NCBI RefSeq assembly: GCF_000014265.1
Contig: NC_008312.1
Location: 780,001-812,000 of the forward strand
DNA: 32,000 nucleotides
Direction of reading: 5' to 3'
DNA from: Trichodesmium erythraeum IMS101
GTDB taxonomy: Bacteria; Cyanobacteriota; Cyanobacteriia; Cyanobacteriales; Microcoleaceae
The translations under genes and the position numbers were made by a program. This document shows, one piece after another, positions 20,185 to 29,668 of this stretch (position 1 is its first letter; every line of letters starts with the position of its first letter). The notes under the pieces were generated by a model. That model saw nothing but the letters and a program-made list of their open reading frames with translations, was not told where the DNA came from and did not search any database.

Positions 20185-20482
20185 GAATAGAGACTTTTTC
20201 AGCAAATCCTAATTATAGTAAAACTTTCAAACAATAAGGCTCAAAACTCCAATTAATTAAAAGTATCTAGTATCATCTCTACTATTAAGTAGGGTACTTT
20301 TCTATATCATAATGATATTAGTTGTAAGATCCGCCTTGTTTCATCAATACTGTAGAAAAAAAGATGAGGTGGAAATTGCTTAAGTGGAAAAACTTACAAT
20401 AGCTTATAAGTTATCTGTAAAATTATGGGTGATTTATTAAATATTTTCGTGACTTATAAGAGATGGTAATTGATAGTCAAAG

Positions 20483-20525
20483 AGGGAGAATGGGTTATGG
20501 AACTTTGATATTTCCCATTCTCCCT
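20483..20525 (-). terminator. 12-bp perfect hairpin about 30 nt downstream of the stop of the minus-strand membrane protein, between convergent genes
   Basis: agggagaatggg at 20483-20494 pairs with cccattctccct at 20514-20525. On the minus strand it is followed by a weak tcttt tract. Confidence 0.45.
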
Positions 20526-20555
20526 GGTCAAAAACTCTGGCAGAAATTTTAACGA

Positions 20556-22199
20556 CTATTTTTTCTTATTAAACTGTTCTAACCATTCTTGAATTTGAGA
20601 AGAAGCAATATCTCGTCCTCCCAAACCAAAAGCTAAAGCAATAGCTACAGCCATTGCTCCCATGAAGAGTCCAAAAGCTAGATTGACAATACTAGGAGCA
20701 ATACCCATTTGTTGCAGAGCCATAGCTGAGACTAATACGATAATTCCAATTCGAGCAAGCTGCCCTAAAAGTTTTGCTTGGGAACTACCAGAACTAGTAA
20801 TTAAGTTGTAAGCAAAGCTAGCTAAACAAAGACCTATAGCCAATACCACTAAACCGTAAAGAACTTGACCAGCAATATAGATTAACTGATTAACAATTAA
20901 ACTCAGAGCCTGAAGTTCCATAATTTGAGTAGCTGAAACTGCAGCAAAAAGGATAATACCCACAAAAGCTACAAAGCCAGCAATTTGTGATGGAGTCCGA
21001 GTAATATCAGGTTCACCCTGAATTACAGTTGTATTTGGGTCTTTAGATGGGGAAGATGATGGAGTCGAAGTTAAACCAAGCCAATTGAAAAAGTCATCAA
21101 ACCCAATACTGGTAAGAAGATTAGTAATTAAATCTTTAACAAATTGACCAACAAAGTAAGCAATAACAAGTACTACAAGAGCCGCAAAGATTTTGGGGAG
21201 GAATGTCAGAATATTGTTAAGCATTGCCACTGCTGGAATGGTAATTGCCTCAATATTTAGAGCACTCAGAGCAGCGATCGCTACAGGAATTAATATCAAT
21301 ACATAAACAATTGTACCAATAATCCCAGAAATATTTTGACTGCTACTGGTTTTATTCATACCCAACTTGCTACCCATTTGGTCTACACCTGTAGCAGCAA
21401 GTAGATTAGTAACAACTTTCTTAACAACAGTAGCAACTAACCAACCAACTGTAGCTAAAATAACAGCCTTAAGAATTCTAGGCAAAGCTTGTAAGATTTG
21501 ATCTACTATGCTTTGAACAGGTTGTAAAGCAATCTGTAGTTGCAAGGCTTCCAGGATTAATGGCAAGAATAGCAGGAAGATCAACCAATAGATAGCATTA
21601 GCAATAGTATCGCTAATATCTAATTGACTTTCTTCTTGTCCATCACTGATCTGCTCATTCAGACGGTCATTTAGACCAAATGTTTTCAGTCCTCTGCTTG
21701 CTGCTAATTTAGCTATACTTGCTACTGACCAGGCAATACCCAGCCAAATGAAAGCACCAGCTATCTTAGGTAAGAAGCTAGTTATTTCTGTGAGGAAGAC
21801 ACTTAGAGGTTGAGAAACTGTTGTGAGATTAAGCTCTTCAAAGAAGGCCACCAAAACAAAGATCATAATGATCCAGAACACCACAGAGGATATCCATTTC
21901 TCCACAGGTAAATCCTGACCGTTTTCCTGACTACCTGTCACCCAACCAGCAATTTTGTTATCAACACTGGTCTTTTTTAAGAGTCCTCCAACTATAACAT
22001 TAGAAATAAACAAAGCCACAAGCCAACCTATGAATAAAGTTCCAATAGCTATAGCTATTTTCAGGATTGGAGCTTGGGACAATTGATTTAAAGGATTTCC
22101 ATTAGCTTGTGCCAAAATATGTGAGGCTAAGATTAGATTAGCCTGAATTGGCTCGTCGAGGTGAATTAATTGTGTAATATTTTGCCAAGTGCCATTCAT
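20556..22199 (-). CDS. Polytopic membrane protein built from repeated 'conserved TM helix' units (as found N-terminal to some MscS-type channels)
   Basis: At least four copies of a hydrophobic helix are followed by a basic/LL..TG.D linker: LFIGWLVALFISNVIVGGLLKKTSVDNKI, GIAWSVASIAKLAASRGLKTFGLNDRL, ATVGWLVATVVKKVVTNLLAATGVDQMG and LVIAYFVGQFVKDLITNLLTSIGFDDFF. Confidence 0.65.
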   Translation of the reverse strand: MNGTWQNITQLIHLDEPIQANLILASHILAQANGNPLNQLSQAPILKIAIAIGTLFIGWLVALFISNVIVGGLLKKTSVDNKIAGWVTGSQENGQDLPVEKWISSVVFWIIMIFVLVAFFEELNLTTVSQPLSVFLTEITSFLPKIAGAFIWLGIAWSVASIAKLAASRGLKTFGLNDRLNEQISDGQEESQLDISDTIANAIYWLIFLLFLPLILEALQLQIALQPVQSIVDQILQALPRILKAVILATVGWLVATVVKKVVTNLLAATGVDQMGSKLGMNKTSSSQNISGIIGTIVYVLILIPVAIAALSALNIEAITIPAVAMLNNILTFLPKIFAALVVLVIAYFVGQFVKDLITNLLTSIGFDDFFNWLGLTSTPSSSPSKDPNTTVIQGEPDITRTPSQIAGFVAFVGIILFAAVSATQIMELQALSLIVNQLIYIAGQVLYGLVVLAIGLCLASFAYNLITSSGSSQAKLLGQLARIGIIVLVSAMALQQMGIAPSIVNLAFGLFMGAMAVAIALAFGLGGRDIASSQIQEWLEQFNKKK

Positions 22200-22253
22200 G
22201 GTTTTCTTGGGTTAATGTGAGTGTTAATTAGCAATCATTTAGATTGCTTGTAT

Positions 22254-22730
22254 ATGTCTAATAGCTTGAAGGTAACTATGCCATTTAGTCAAGTTTTCGA
22301 GCAATGTATTTTAATTTATGCCAGTGCCACTACTGTAGAACGTTGTATTACGGATCAAATTCTTATGCATAAGTGGTTAAATCCAATGTTGCGTTGTGAA
22401 CCTGTGGGTAATTGGAATACATTTGTGGGGAGTCGTAGTAGATTTATCATAAATATTCCTTTTTTACAACCCTCTTTATATAGTGTTGTAGCTGAACGAG
22501 AACCTGGTTTAATTGTTTGGGAATTTCAAGGTTTTTTCCGAGGCCGCGATCGCTGGGAATGTCGACCGGAGCCTGAAGGAACTCGTTTATTAAATCGTTT
22601 TGAGTTTGAGATACCTAATCCTATAGTAAAATTTGGTTTTAACCAGTTTGCTGCCTCGTGGACAAAAGTAGATATGGAAGCTCAACTAAGACGTTTGAAA
22701 AGGGTAGCAGAGGAGCAATACTATTTGTAA
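22254..22730 (+). CDS. SRPBCC-superfamily-like protein (cyclase/dehydrase fold), function unknown
   Basis: The length and motif pattern (VERCITDQILMHKWLNP...EREPGLIVWEF...ECRPEPEGTRL) resemble SRPBCC proteins. I prefer the ATG at 22254, or 22278, over the GTG at 22221. The gene is divergent from the membrane protein that starts at 22199. Confidence 0.5.
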   Translation: MSNSLKVTMPFSQVFEQCILIYASATTVERCITDQILMHKWLNPMLRCEPVGNWNTFVGSRSRFIINIPFLQPSLYSVVAEREPGLIVWEFQGFFRGRDRWECRPEPEGTRLLNRFEFEIPNPIVKFGFNQFAASWTKVDMEAQLRRLKRVAEEQYYL

Positions 22731-23666
22731 ATTAATTCATAATTAGGAGGTAGGCAACCTTTTTAGGGACATTGGATACAACTTCTGTACAAGTAGGGAT
22801 AGATGAGAATTATAGAGTAAGTTATTGGATGTAACTCAATGACTACTTAATTGTCTCTTTTTCTCTCTACTATAGTCAGCTTTAAATATTAATTTAACAG
22901 ATGATACTAGACACTTTATAGATTAATATTATACCAGATATTCGGAGGTGAAAGATAATTATAAAGCTTATTGTGGGATAAGTCTAATTAAATAATCTTT
23001 TCTTTTTAAGAACTTGCTTATAATATTAAATTAGCTTGAATAGTTATTATATAGTTGAGGGGGAGGGAAGTAGGGTAGACTGAAGTAATTATAGAATTAT
23101 AAAAACAAGACTTTAGCCACACATATAAAATCATAAAATATCTATAGGTTTTAACGGCTGTTAAACCCTAATCAATAGGATGGTTATAGGTAAGTCCAGC
23201 AATACTATATTAAGCAATATTAACCAGATTCTATATAAGGATAGGGTTTAAGAGGAAGTTTTCAATTGTTAATTATTGAACTATAACTAGGGTAAAAATT
23301 GATGCTGAAATGGAGTTAGTAAGATTTAAATTCGGTACACAAAATTAATTACATATTTTGTGAACTTGAATCTCAATTACTTTATGTCTCATATAAAATT
23401 AGGATAAGCATCCAATTAGTATTTAAGTACTTAAAGGGTAAAAAAAATGATTTTTTGCGCAAAATAAGCGAATCATAATTATTAACTCCTACTCCCTACC
23501 CCCTACTTACTAAAAAAGATAAAATGATATCAAATATACTTAATTTGGGATCAAAAAAATTTTCATTTTTAGCCATCTACTCCAAGAATAATTTCTTGTT
23601 CCAATGAGTTCTTGGTTTGAACTCCTAATTAACTATGTAAATTATACTAATATTAACAGATTTGTA

Positions 23667-24329
23667 TTATCCGCAAAATATTTTTTGCAGGGAGGGTTGT
23701 TCTCTCACAAAATCTATTCCTCTTTTGGCAAATTCTATGGTTTCTACCAAAAATGTTTCAATACCTTTAGCATCAACGACAATTTTATCTGTCCATTTAA
23801 AATTTTGTATCAGCTCTAAAAATGATACTTCTCCATCAGCAATAATGTTGTTAATTGTATCAAGAATATTATCAGTTATTTTAGATACATTACTATCTGG
23901 GAAAAAATGGCGACTAAATTCGTCAATAGCAAGTTGACCATAACGAGATTCTAATAATTTATTCAGCAAATCTGGTTTTACCTGTAACTTATAAATTAAA
24001 ATTGCCTGAATTGTATCAATATTTTTCTGACTAGCATTCGTTGTTAAAAATAGTGACTTTAATTGCTCAGACTGTTCTCCTGTATCTGCAAATTTCTCTA
24101 AATCAGAAATAGTTATTGTTATATTAATTGATTCATAAATAATTTGAATTTCATCTATCCCATCTGCTGGTTGAGCAGTAAATATTAAAACACTAGGAAT
24201 AATTATCAAAATTCCTACCAAAGAAACATAGAAAAACTTTGATAATTTTTTTCTAAAATCTGCAAATTTGAAGAAATTTTTGAGCAATTTCCGTAAACTT
24301 AAAATACTTTTCATTTTGGTATTTATCAC
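23667..24329 (-). CDS. Membrane-anchored or secreted DUF1400-like protein
   Basis: An N-terminal hydrophobic segment (FFYVSLVGILIIIPSVLIFTAQPADG) is followed by IQIIYESINITITISDLEKFADTGEQSEQLKSLF...FLELIQNF. This resembles the cyanobacterial DUF1400 domain as I remember it. Confidence 0.55.
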   Translation of the reverse strand: MINTKMKSILSLRKLLKNFFKFADFRKKLSKFFYVSLVGILIIIPSVLIFTAQPADGIDEIQIIYESINITITISDLEKFADTGEQSEQLKSLFLTTNASQKNIDTIQAILIYKLQVKPDLLNKLLESRYGQLAIDEFSRHFFPDSNVSKITDNILDTINNIIADGEVSFLELIQNFKWTDKIVVDAKGIETFLVETIEFAKRGIDFVREQPSLQKIFCG

Positions 24330-24442
24330 AAATAGATGAACATATATATTTATATGTTTAATAGCTTTTTGCTCTTATGCCTAAAGTCTGAAATATCTGA
24401 TTTTAGGTTACCCATATTGGTAATATTTATACTAATTCACTT

Positions 24443-24579
24443 ATAGCTAATTTATAAGGTCAATATTAACGTGCTAAATTAATTGCTATACTTAGCTGTT
24501 GAACATTTTGTTGATTAAAGTGCTAATTGCTAAAAACTAGATAATATAAGACTTATAGGAACCTTTATGAGCCAGCTCT
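24443..24579 (+). mobile_element. MITE-like dispersed repeat, copy B, with decayed termini
   Basis: It aligns by hand at about 80% identity to 9920-10056 in the same orientation. The longest identical block is aattaattgctatacttagct. The terminal inverted repeat is degenerate in this copy. Confidence 0.5.
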
Positions 24580-24735
24580 TAAGGGCGTATTTCATTAAAA
24601 TAGATTAAAAATATCAATTTTTTAATAACTCTATATTAAATTTAAGAGTACTTATTTCTAATACCCCTGCTCTTTACTCCCTATTCATGACTCCTTACTC
24701 TCAATAAAATATAGCAATACTTTTGATATTTGTTA

Positions 24736-25560
24736 TTATTGATATTGACTAATTTTAGCCAGTAATTTTCTAATTATCTCTGCATCATCAGCTTGAGGAA
24801 GATTAACTATATAACTTTCTAGATCTTCACGAGCTTTTGCCCAAATATCTAGTTGATAATATAATACACCTCGGTCTCGCTTTTCCATAACTGCATTTGG
24901 AAATAATAGTAAAATCCTATCAATAGCTGCAATAGCTTTTAACCTCTCATTTTGACTCCAGTAAATTCCTTTAATATTTGTTAACATTCGTGCTAAAAAT
25001 TGCTTATTACTTACAGTTGCCAAAAACTGAGGTTGTAGTTTTAGTGGTTGACCATAAATTTTGGCTAACTTTTCTTGACAGTCTTGAGGAAAAAGAATTT
25101 CACCTTTATTAAAAGCATCTACATATATACCAGCTTCTTCAAAATTAGGTCTAATTAAAAAATGTCCTGGCATTCCAATACCTACCATTGGAAAATTAAT
25201 TCTTTTAGCAATTTCTAGATAAACTAGGGATAAAGTAATTGGAATTCCAGTGCGTCTTTCAATTACTTGATTCAGACAACTATTCCTTAGATCATAATAA
25301 TCAATTGTGTTTCCAGAAAAACCTAAATCATTATAAAGATAGTTATTAATACTCTTAATAATTTGTAAAGGATATAAAGTTGCTGGTAATGTTTCTTGTA
25401 CTTCATTTGCCATTGTATTAAGAGCATCTAAATACTTATTGGGTTCAAATTCCTTATCATCTTCCAAAGCTAAATAAAGAGCAGCTTTAGCTAAATCTAT
25501 TTTTTCATCAGATTTATTAACTTCTGAATAAAATAATTGTCGATATGGGGAAAGATTCAT
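24736..25560 (-). CDS. SirB1-like / transglutaminase-like protein with a C-terminal TPR-like region (UPF0162 type)
   Basis: IDLAKAALYLALEDD, RRTGIPITLSLVYLEIAKRINFPMVGIGMPGHFLIR and VDAFNKGEIL form the characteristic core of this family, from memory. Confidence 0.65.
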   Translation of the reverse strand: MNLSPYRQLFYSEVNKSDEKIDLAKAALYLALEDDKEFEPNKYLDALNTMANEVQETLPATLYPLQIIKSINNYLYNDLGFSGNTIDYYDLRNSCLNQVIERRTGIPITLSLVYLEIAKRINFPMVGIGMPGHFLIRPNFEEAGIYVDAFNKGEILFPQDCQEKLAKIYGQPLKLQPQFLATVSNKQFLARMLTNIKGIYWSQNERLKAIAAIDRILLLFPNAVMEKRDRGVLYYQLDIWAKAREDLESYIVNLPQADDAEIIRKLLAKISQYQ

Positions 25561-25595
25561 ATTAGTTATTAGTTATTAGTTATTAGTTATTAGTA
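25561..25595. repeat. Tandem heptamer repeat (ATTAGTT)x4 + ATTAGTA, directly abutting the start codon of the 24736-25560 gene
   Basis: The repeat was read directly. On the coding (minus) strand the 35 nt immediately 5' of the ATG are TACTAAT(AACTAAT)x4. Confidence 0.9.
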
Positions 25596-26352
25596 TCTCT
25601 TATCAAGGAGGATACCTGAAACAGATTTTTTTTAGTGGTCATTAAAATGACAGAAATCACCTATTTGATAAAGTAGGTATATTGATATTTTTAGGAATAA
25701 GGAAATAAGTAAGTATCTCTAGAAAAAATGAATCAGAGGATAGGTAAGAAGTAAAAAATATTTACTGTTCCAATTTCACCAAATTAATTACTAATAGAGT
25801 AACTACTAGATTGGTGAAACTATAGTTAAAAATTAGGGTATTATGGATAATAAATCCGAAAAATTGGTTCTCTATTGCCTTCCCCACTCATGGAGTTACT
25901 TTTTAGTTGTTTTTGTTATTTCTTTTTAAATATATTTATTAAATACATATTATAAGTGTTAATTAATTAGTCGCAGGAAGGGATTCCGAGACGAAAAACT
26001 GAGGACAAGACAGGGGCAATATAAGGGTCAAGTTTCCCTGGGGGATAAGAGTATGTAAATATTTTTGCCTAGAAGGATGTGAATTCTTGAATTATTTTCA
26101 GTTAAATTTTGCCTAGATACTTCCTTAAATTGATCATCTAGTAATTAAGAAAAATATATTTTTTTATCCTTGCTATCTGCTAGTTTTTCAGAGTTATGAA
26201 ATAGAGTTATCTATTAGTTTTATTATAACTTGATTTATCATTATTTATCAAATATTTTCGTATCAGGTAATCAGTCAATAGTTAAGGTTTTTTCATTTTG
26301 ATAATTGGTGCAAAATCTTAAATTTATTTATTTTTGCTTTTTGTCTTTTATT

Positions 26353-28116
26353 TTAAATACCATGACTTTTTCCAATCACCCAATTTCGACGAAAGAAACG
26401 AGATAAAGCTGATTCTTCTAAAGGTAAATAAATTGGTCTACCGTGGGGACAAGTACGAGGGTTATGGGTAAGTTGCCATTTATTTAATAAACTTTGCATT
26501 TCCGGTAGGCTTAAAGGAGTTCCATTTCTAATAGCACTACGACAAGCAGTGGCTACTTTAGCAGATTCTAGATCGCCACCTTTACTAAGTTCAATTAAAG
26601 CATCAGCACAGTCATTTCTTTTTGCTAACATTTTGGGAGCACTACGAGCAGCCCAAAGTAAATCTCCGAAGGTTTCTATGTCTATATTTAAGCGTTGAAG
26701 TTGTTCTATTTGAGCTGGGGATAAATGATGTAAAATAATCGGAGTTTCTAAAAAAATTATTTCCCAAGCATCACATAATTCTTCATATAAAATTCTTTCG
26801 TGGGCAATATGTTGTTCAATCAACCAAATGCCACTTGGATGTTCTGCTACTATATAAGTATTGTGTAATTGAGCGATCGCTTTTAATTCTATTAGTCCTA
26901 ATTTTGATTTTTTTTGTTCTGTATTATCTGGAGAAACTTCTATAGCTCGACTAACTTGATAATTCCCAGTATTTTCTGAGACTTTTAAGAGTTTTTCCAC
27001 TCTTTCTGACAAAGGAAATTCTGGCATAATATCCGAACTAAATTGTAATGCTTTACCAATTACTAAATTGATTTGTTGTTGCCAAAATTTCAAATTATCT
27101 AGATAAATTTCTGTTTTTGCCGGATGACGGTTCCAGTTAATTTGATAGGGAAAAATTTGTAAATGAATGAAACATAGAGGATAGCGATCGCCAGGACAAG
27201 TCCGCGCTAAAGAACGAATAATTGTTTGTTCTAATTCTGGCACTTTTACTACCCTACCATTAATACCAACTTTTACCCAATCAGGTCGTCTACGATGACA
27301 TCTATCTGGCAAACCTAACACTAATTCTAATGATTGTCTATCCAAAAGTTGAGAATCTTGAGATTGGGAAAAACTCGATGTTTGAATATTTAATTCTTCT
27401 GCTTCTTGCTCATCAATTTCTTGTTGAATATACTGTAAATCATTCAATCTTACTGTAGATAAAATTTGAGGTAAAATTTGTTTTGCCGTAGCCCCAGGAC
27501 TAATTTGTATCCATAATTTACTACCCTGCCAAATTTGCCAAGTAACATCAGGATAGCAAAGGGCTATTTGCTGAATAATTAATTGTATACCTCGCATTTG
27601 TTGTGGGGGAGAAGGCATTCCTTTTCGACGTACAGGCCATTTACCAAAAATATGAGAAACCTTAACAATAGTACCAGGAGCAATGGCAACTCTTTCAGCT
27701 TTAACAGATTTTCCTTGCTGATCATAAACAACTCGCCAACCTTCATTTTCATTTTCTGAAAGGGGTGACTTAGGACGACTTAATATTTCTAAATTTGAGA
27801 GATTAGCTAAACTATGAAGTGCTTCTCCACGAAATCCTAAACTACTAATTTTTGTGAGGTCTTGAAGATTAGTAATCTTACTGGTGCTATGAGGATTTGC
27901 TGCTCGTTTTAAATTGGCTAAATTCATACCCATTCCATTGTCAGAAATTTGTACTCGCCACTGTTCAGAAATGATAGAAACTATGATGCGAGTGGCTCCA
28001 GCATCAAGAGAGTTTTCTACTAATTCCCGCACAACTGCTGCTAAAGAATCAATAACTTCTCCAGCAGCAATTAAGCTGACAACTTCTTTAGGTAAGGTTT
28101 GAATTTGAGATTGCAT
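26353..28116 (-). CDS. mutL: DNA mismatch repair protein MutL
   Basis: IQTLPKEVVSLIAAGEVIDSLAAVVRELVENSLDAGATRI is the GHKL ATPase N-terminus. DNGMGM and LGFRGEAL are present, as is the C-terminal dimerisation/endonuclease region (HIAHERILYE, CPHGRP). Confidence 0.95.
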   Translation of the reverse strand: MQSQIQTLPKEVVSLIAAGEVIDSLAAVVRELVENSLDAGATRIIVSIISEQWRVQISDNGMGMNLANLKRAANPHSTSKITNLQDLTKISSLGFRGEALHSLANLSNLEILSRPKSPLSENENEGWRVVYDQQGKSVKAERVAIAPGTIVKVSHIFGKWPVRRKGMPSPPQQMRGIQLIIQQIALCYPDVTWQIWQGSKLWIQISPGATAKQILPQILSTVRLNDLQYIQQEIDEQEAEELNIQTSSFSQSQDSQLLDRQSLELVLGLPDRCHRRRPDWVKVGINGRVVKVPELEQTIIRSLARTCPGDRYPLCFIHLQIFPYQINWNRHPAKTEIYLDNLKFWQQQINLVIGKALQFSSDIMPEFPLSERVEKLLKVSENTGNYQVSRAIEVSPDNTEQKKSKLGLIELKAIAQLHNTYIVAEHPSGIWLIEQHIAHERILYEELCDAWEIIFLETPIILHHLSPAQIEQLQRLNIDIETFGDLLWAARSAPKMLAKRNDCADALIELSKGGDLESAKVATACRSAIRNGTPLSLPEMQSLLNKWQLTHNPRTCPHGRPIYLPLEESALSRFFRRNWVIGKSHGI

Positions 28117-28309
28117 TTATATAAAAGCAGTAACAAAAAGTTTCTAACTATAGTTAATAACAGGAGGTAATTTTGTTTTTTAACCTATGTATTTTCAGGA
28201 TCTTAATTAGACTAATATTCTCAGAATTTTAAATCTTAAAATAATCGTAAATTAAGGTTAAAATTATATTTTGTGGTTATATATAAGAAACTATTACTGT
28301 GTGTTAACA

Positions 28310-28972
28310 GTGAAATATAAGATTAGATATAAACCAGCCTTTGCTGCTATTTTCGTCACCTTATATCCTGGTGATAGTATTATAGCCGAACCAGGAGCAA
28401 TGACCAGTATGGATGGTCGTTTGTCCATGAAAACAAAATTGTCTGGAGGCTTTTTCTCGGCTTTATTAAGAAAATTTTTAGGGGGTGAATCCCTATTTGT
28501 TAATGTTTTTGAGAACAAAACCTCCCAACCTTTAAATGTTACGTTAACTCAATCCATTATTGGGGATATTGACTGTTTAGAATTAACGGGAAATGAGATA
28601 TGTTTTCAACCAGGGGCTTACATTGCAAGTAGTCCTAAAATTAAGCTAGGAGTAAGGTGGGCAGGGTTTGCTAGTTGGTTTATGGGAGAAGGGTTATTTA
28701 AGTTAAAAGTAAGTGGCCAGGGACAAGTTTTTTTTGGGGCATATGGAGGATTGAGTAAGCAAGATATTGCTGGGGAATTTATTGTTGATAATAGCCATTT
28801 AGTAGCTTATAGTCCCAACATTAAAATGAGTATAGGGTTATCAGGTGGTTTAATTAGTTCCCTCACTTCTGGAGAAGGATTTGTTAATCGACTCAAAGGC
28901 AATGGTGTTATTTATTTGCAATCTCGTAGTATTGAGGGTTTAGTTCAATTCTTAAAACCCAAAGTCCGTTAA
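28310..28972 (+). CDS. AIM24/DUF124 (TIGR00266-like) family protein, paralogue 1
   Basis: It has three G-[GE]-[ES]-[LF]-F type motifs (LGGESLFVNVF, MGEGLFKLKVSG, SGEGFVNRLKG) and aligns along its whole length to paralogues 2 and 3. Alignment of the N-terminus with the other two (KYKIRYKPAF vs AYKIEHSPAY) favours the GTG at 28310 over the TTG at 28271. Confidence 0.75.
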   Translation: MKYKIRYKPAFAAIFVTLYPGDSIIAEPGAMTSMDGRLSMKTKLSGGFFSALLRKFLGGESLFVNVFENKTSQPLNVTLTQSIIGDIDCLELTGNEICFQPGAYIASSPKIKLGVRWAGFASWFMGEGLFKLKVSGQGQVFFGAYGGLSKQDIAGEFIVDNSHLVAYSPNIKMSIGLSGGLISSLTSGEGFVNRLKGNGVIYLQSRSIEGLVQFLKPKVR

Positions 28973-28987
28973 AAAGTTCAAAAAATT

Positions 28988-29668
28988 ATGGATATTCAAT
29001 TAATACATCAACCCGATAATACGATCGCTAAAGTTAGCTTAAATAGAGGAGAAGAAATCGTTGCCCAAGCAGGTTGTATGGTTGCTATGAGTGGGTTTAT
29101 CAATACTAGTACTACCCTCAGACAAGGAAAAGGAGGGGGAATTATGGGGGGTATAAAACGAATGTTAGGGGGTGAATCTCTATTTTTAAGTGTTTTTCGT
29201 TCCCCTAGTCCCGACGGCCAAGTTTTTCTCGCCCCTAAATTAATGGGAGACATCCTAGTTTATGAAATGAAGGGTCAAGAATTAGTTGTCCAAGCATCCT
29301 CCTATCTTGCTTCTGATAACAATGTAGATCTTGATTTAGGGTTTCAAGGGATAAAATCTTTATTCTCAGGAGAATCTATTTTTTGGTTAAGTATTACCGG
29401 TTATGGCCCAGTAATTTTAACTTCTTTTGGAGGAATTTATGAAATAGATGTTAAGGGTGATTATATTGTGGATACTGGCCATATTGTCGCTTTTGAAAGC
29501 AGTTTAGATTTTCGTATTGATAAAGCTAATTCAAGTTGGTTGGGGGCATTTTTTGGCGGTGAAGGTTTTGTCTGTCGTTTCCAAGGCCGAGGCAAAGTTT
29601 ATTGTCAAACCCATAATTCAGGGAGTTTTGGATCTCTCATCGGTTCTCAATTGCCTCCTAAAAAATAA
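28988..29668 (+). CDS. AIM24/DUF124 (TIGR00266-like) family protein, paralogue 2
   Basis: Family motifs MLGGESLFLSVF, FSGESIFWLSITG, FGGEGFVCRFQG and IVDTGHIVAFE are present. It starts 15 nt after the stop of paralogue 1. Confidence 0.8.
   Translation: MDIQLIHQPDNTIAKVSLNRGEEIVAQAGCMVAMSGFINTSTTLRQGKGGGIMGGIKRMLGGESLFLSVFRSPSPDGQVFLAPKLMGDILVYEMKGQELVVQASSYLASDNNVDLDLGFQGIKSLFSGESIFWLSITGYGPVILTSFGGIYEIDVKGDYIVDTGHIVAFESSLDFRIDKANSSWLGAFFGGEGFVCRFQGRGKVYCQTHNSGSFGSLIGSQLPPKK

Noticed and set aside
23604-23937. Two overlapping plus-strand ORFs (23604-23819 and 23662-23937)
   Set aside because: Both are largely antisense to the 220-aa DUF1400-like CDS, which has a signal/anchor plus a recognisable domain. 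Their sequences are low-complexity.
9920-24579. Whether the two ~137-bp repeat copies could be a diversity-generating retroelement template/variable repeat pair
   Set aside because: The mismatches between the copies involve all four bases rather than being adenine-specific. Neither copy lies in a CDS, and no reverse transcriptase gene is in the window.
25970-26050. G+C-richer segment gtcgcaggaagggattccgagacgaaaaactgaggacaagacaggggc..., superficially like a CRISPR repeat or riboswitch
   Set aside because: It occurs only once, with no repeat-spacer periodicity. I could not match it to any riboswitch or sRNA consensus that I know. It is left unannotated and could be included in an Rfam scan.
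27914-28102. 62-aa plus-strand ORF inside mutL
   Set aside because: It is antisense to the highly conserved MutL ATPase N-terminus.
28294-29253. Antisense ORFs at equivalent positions of AIM24 paralogues 1 and 2 (28294-28518 and 29008-29253), both translating ...NRDSPP...
   Set aside because: The shared antisense peptide is just the reverse complement of the conserved GGESLF-coding DNA in two homologous genes. This is parallel sequence, not evidence for an overlapping gene.
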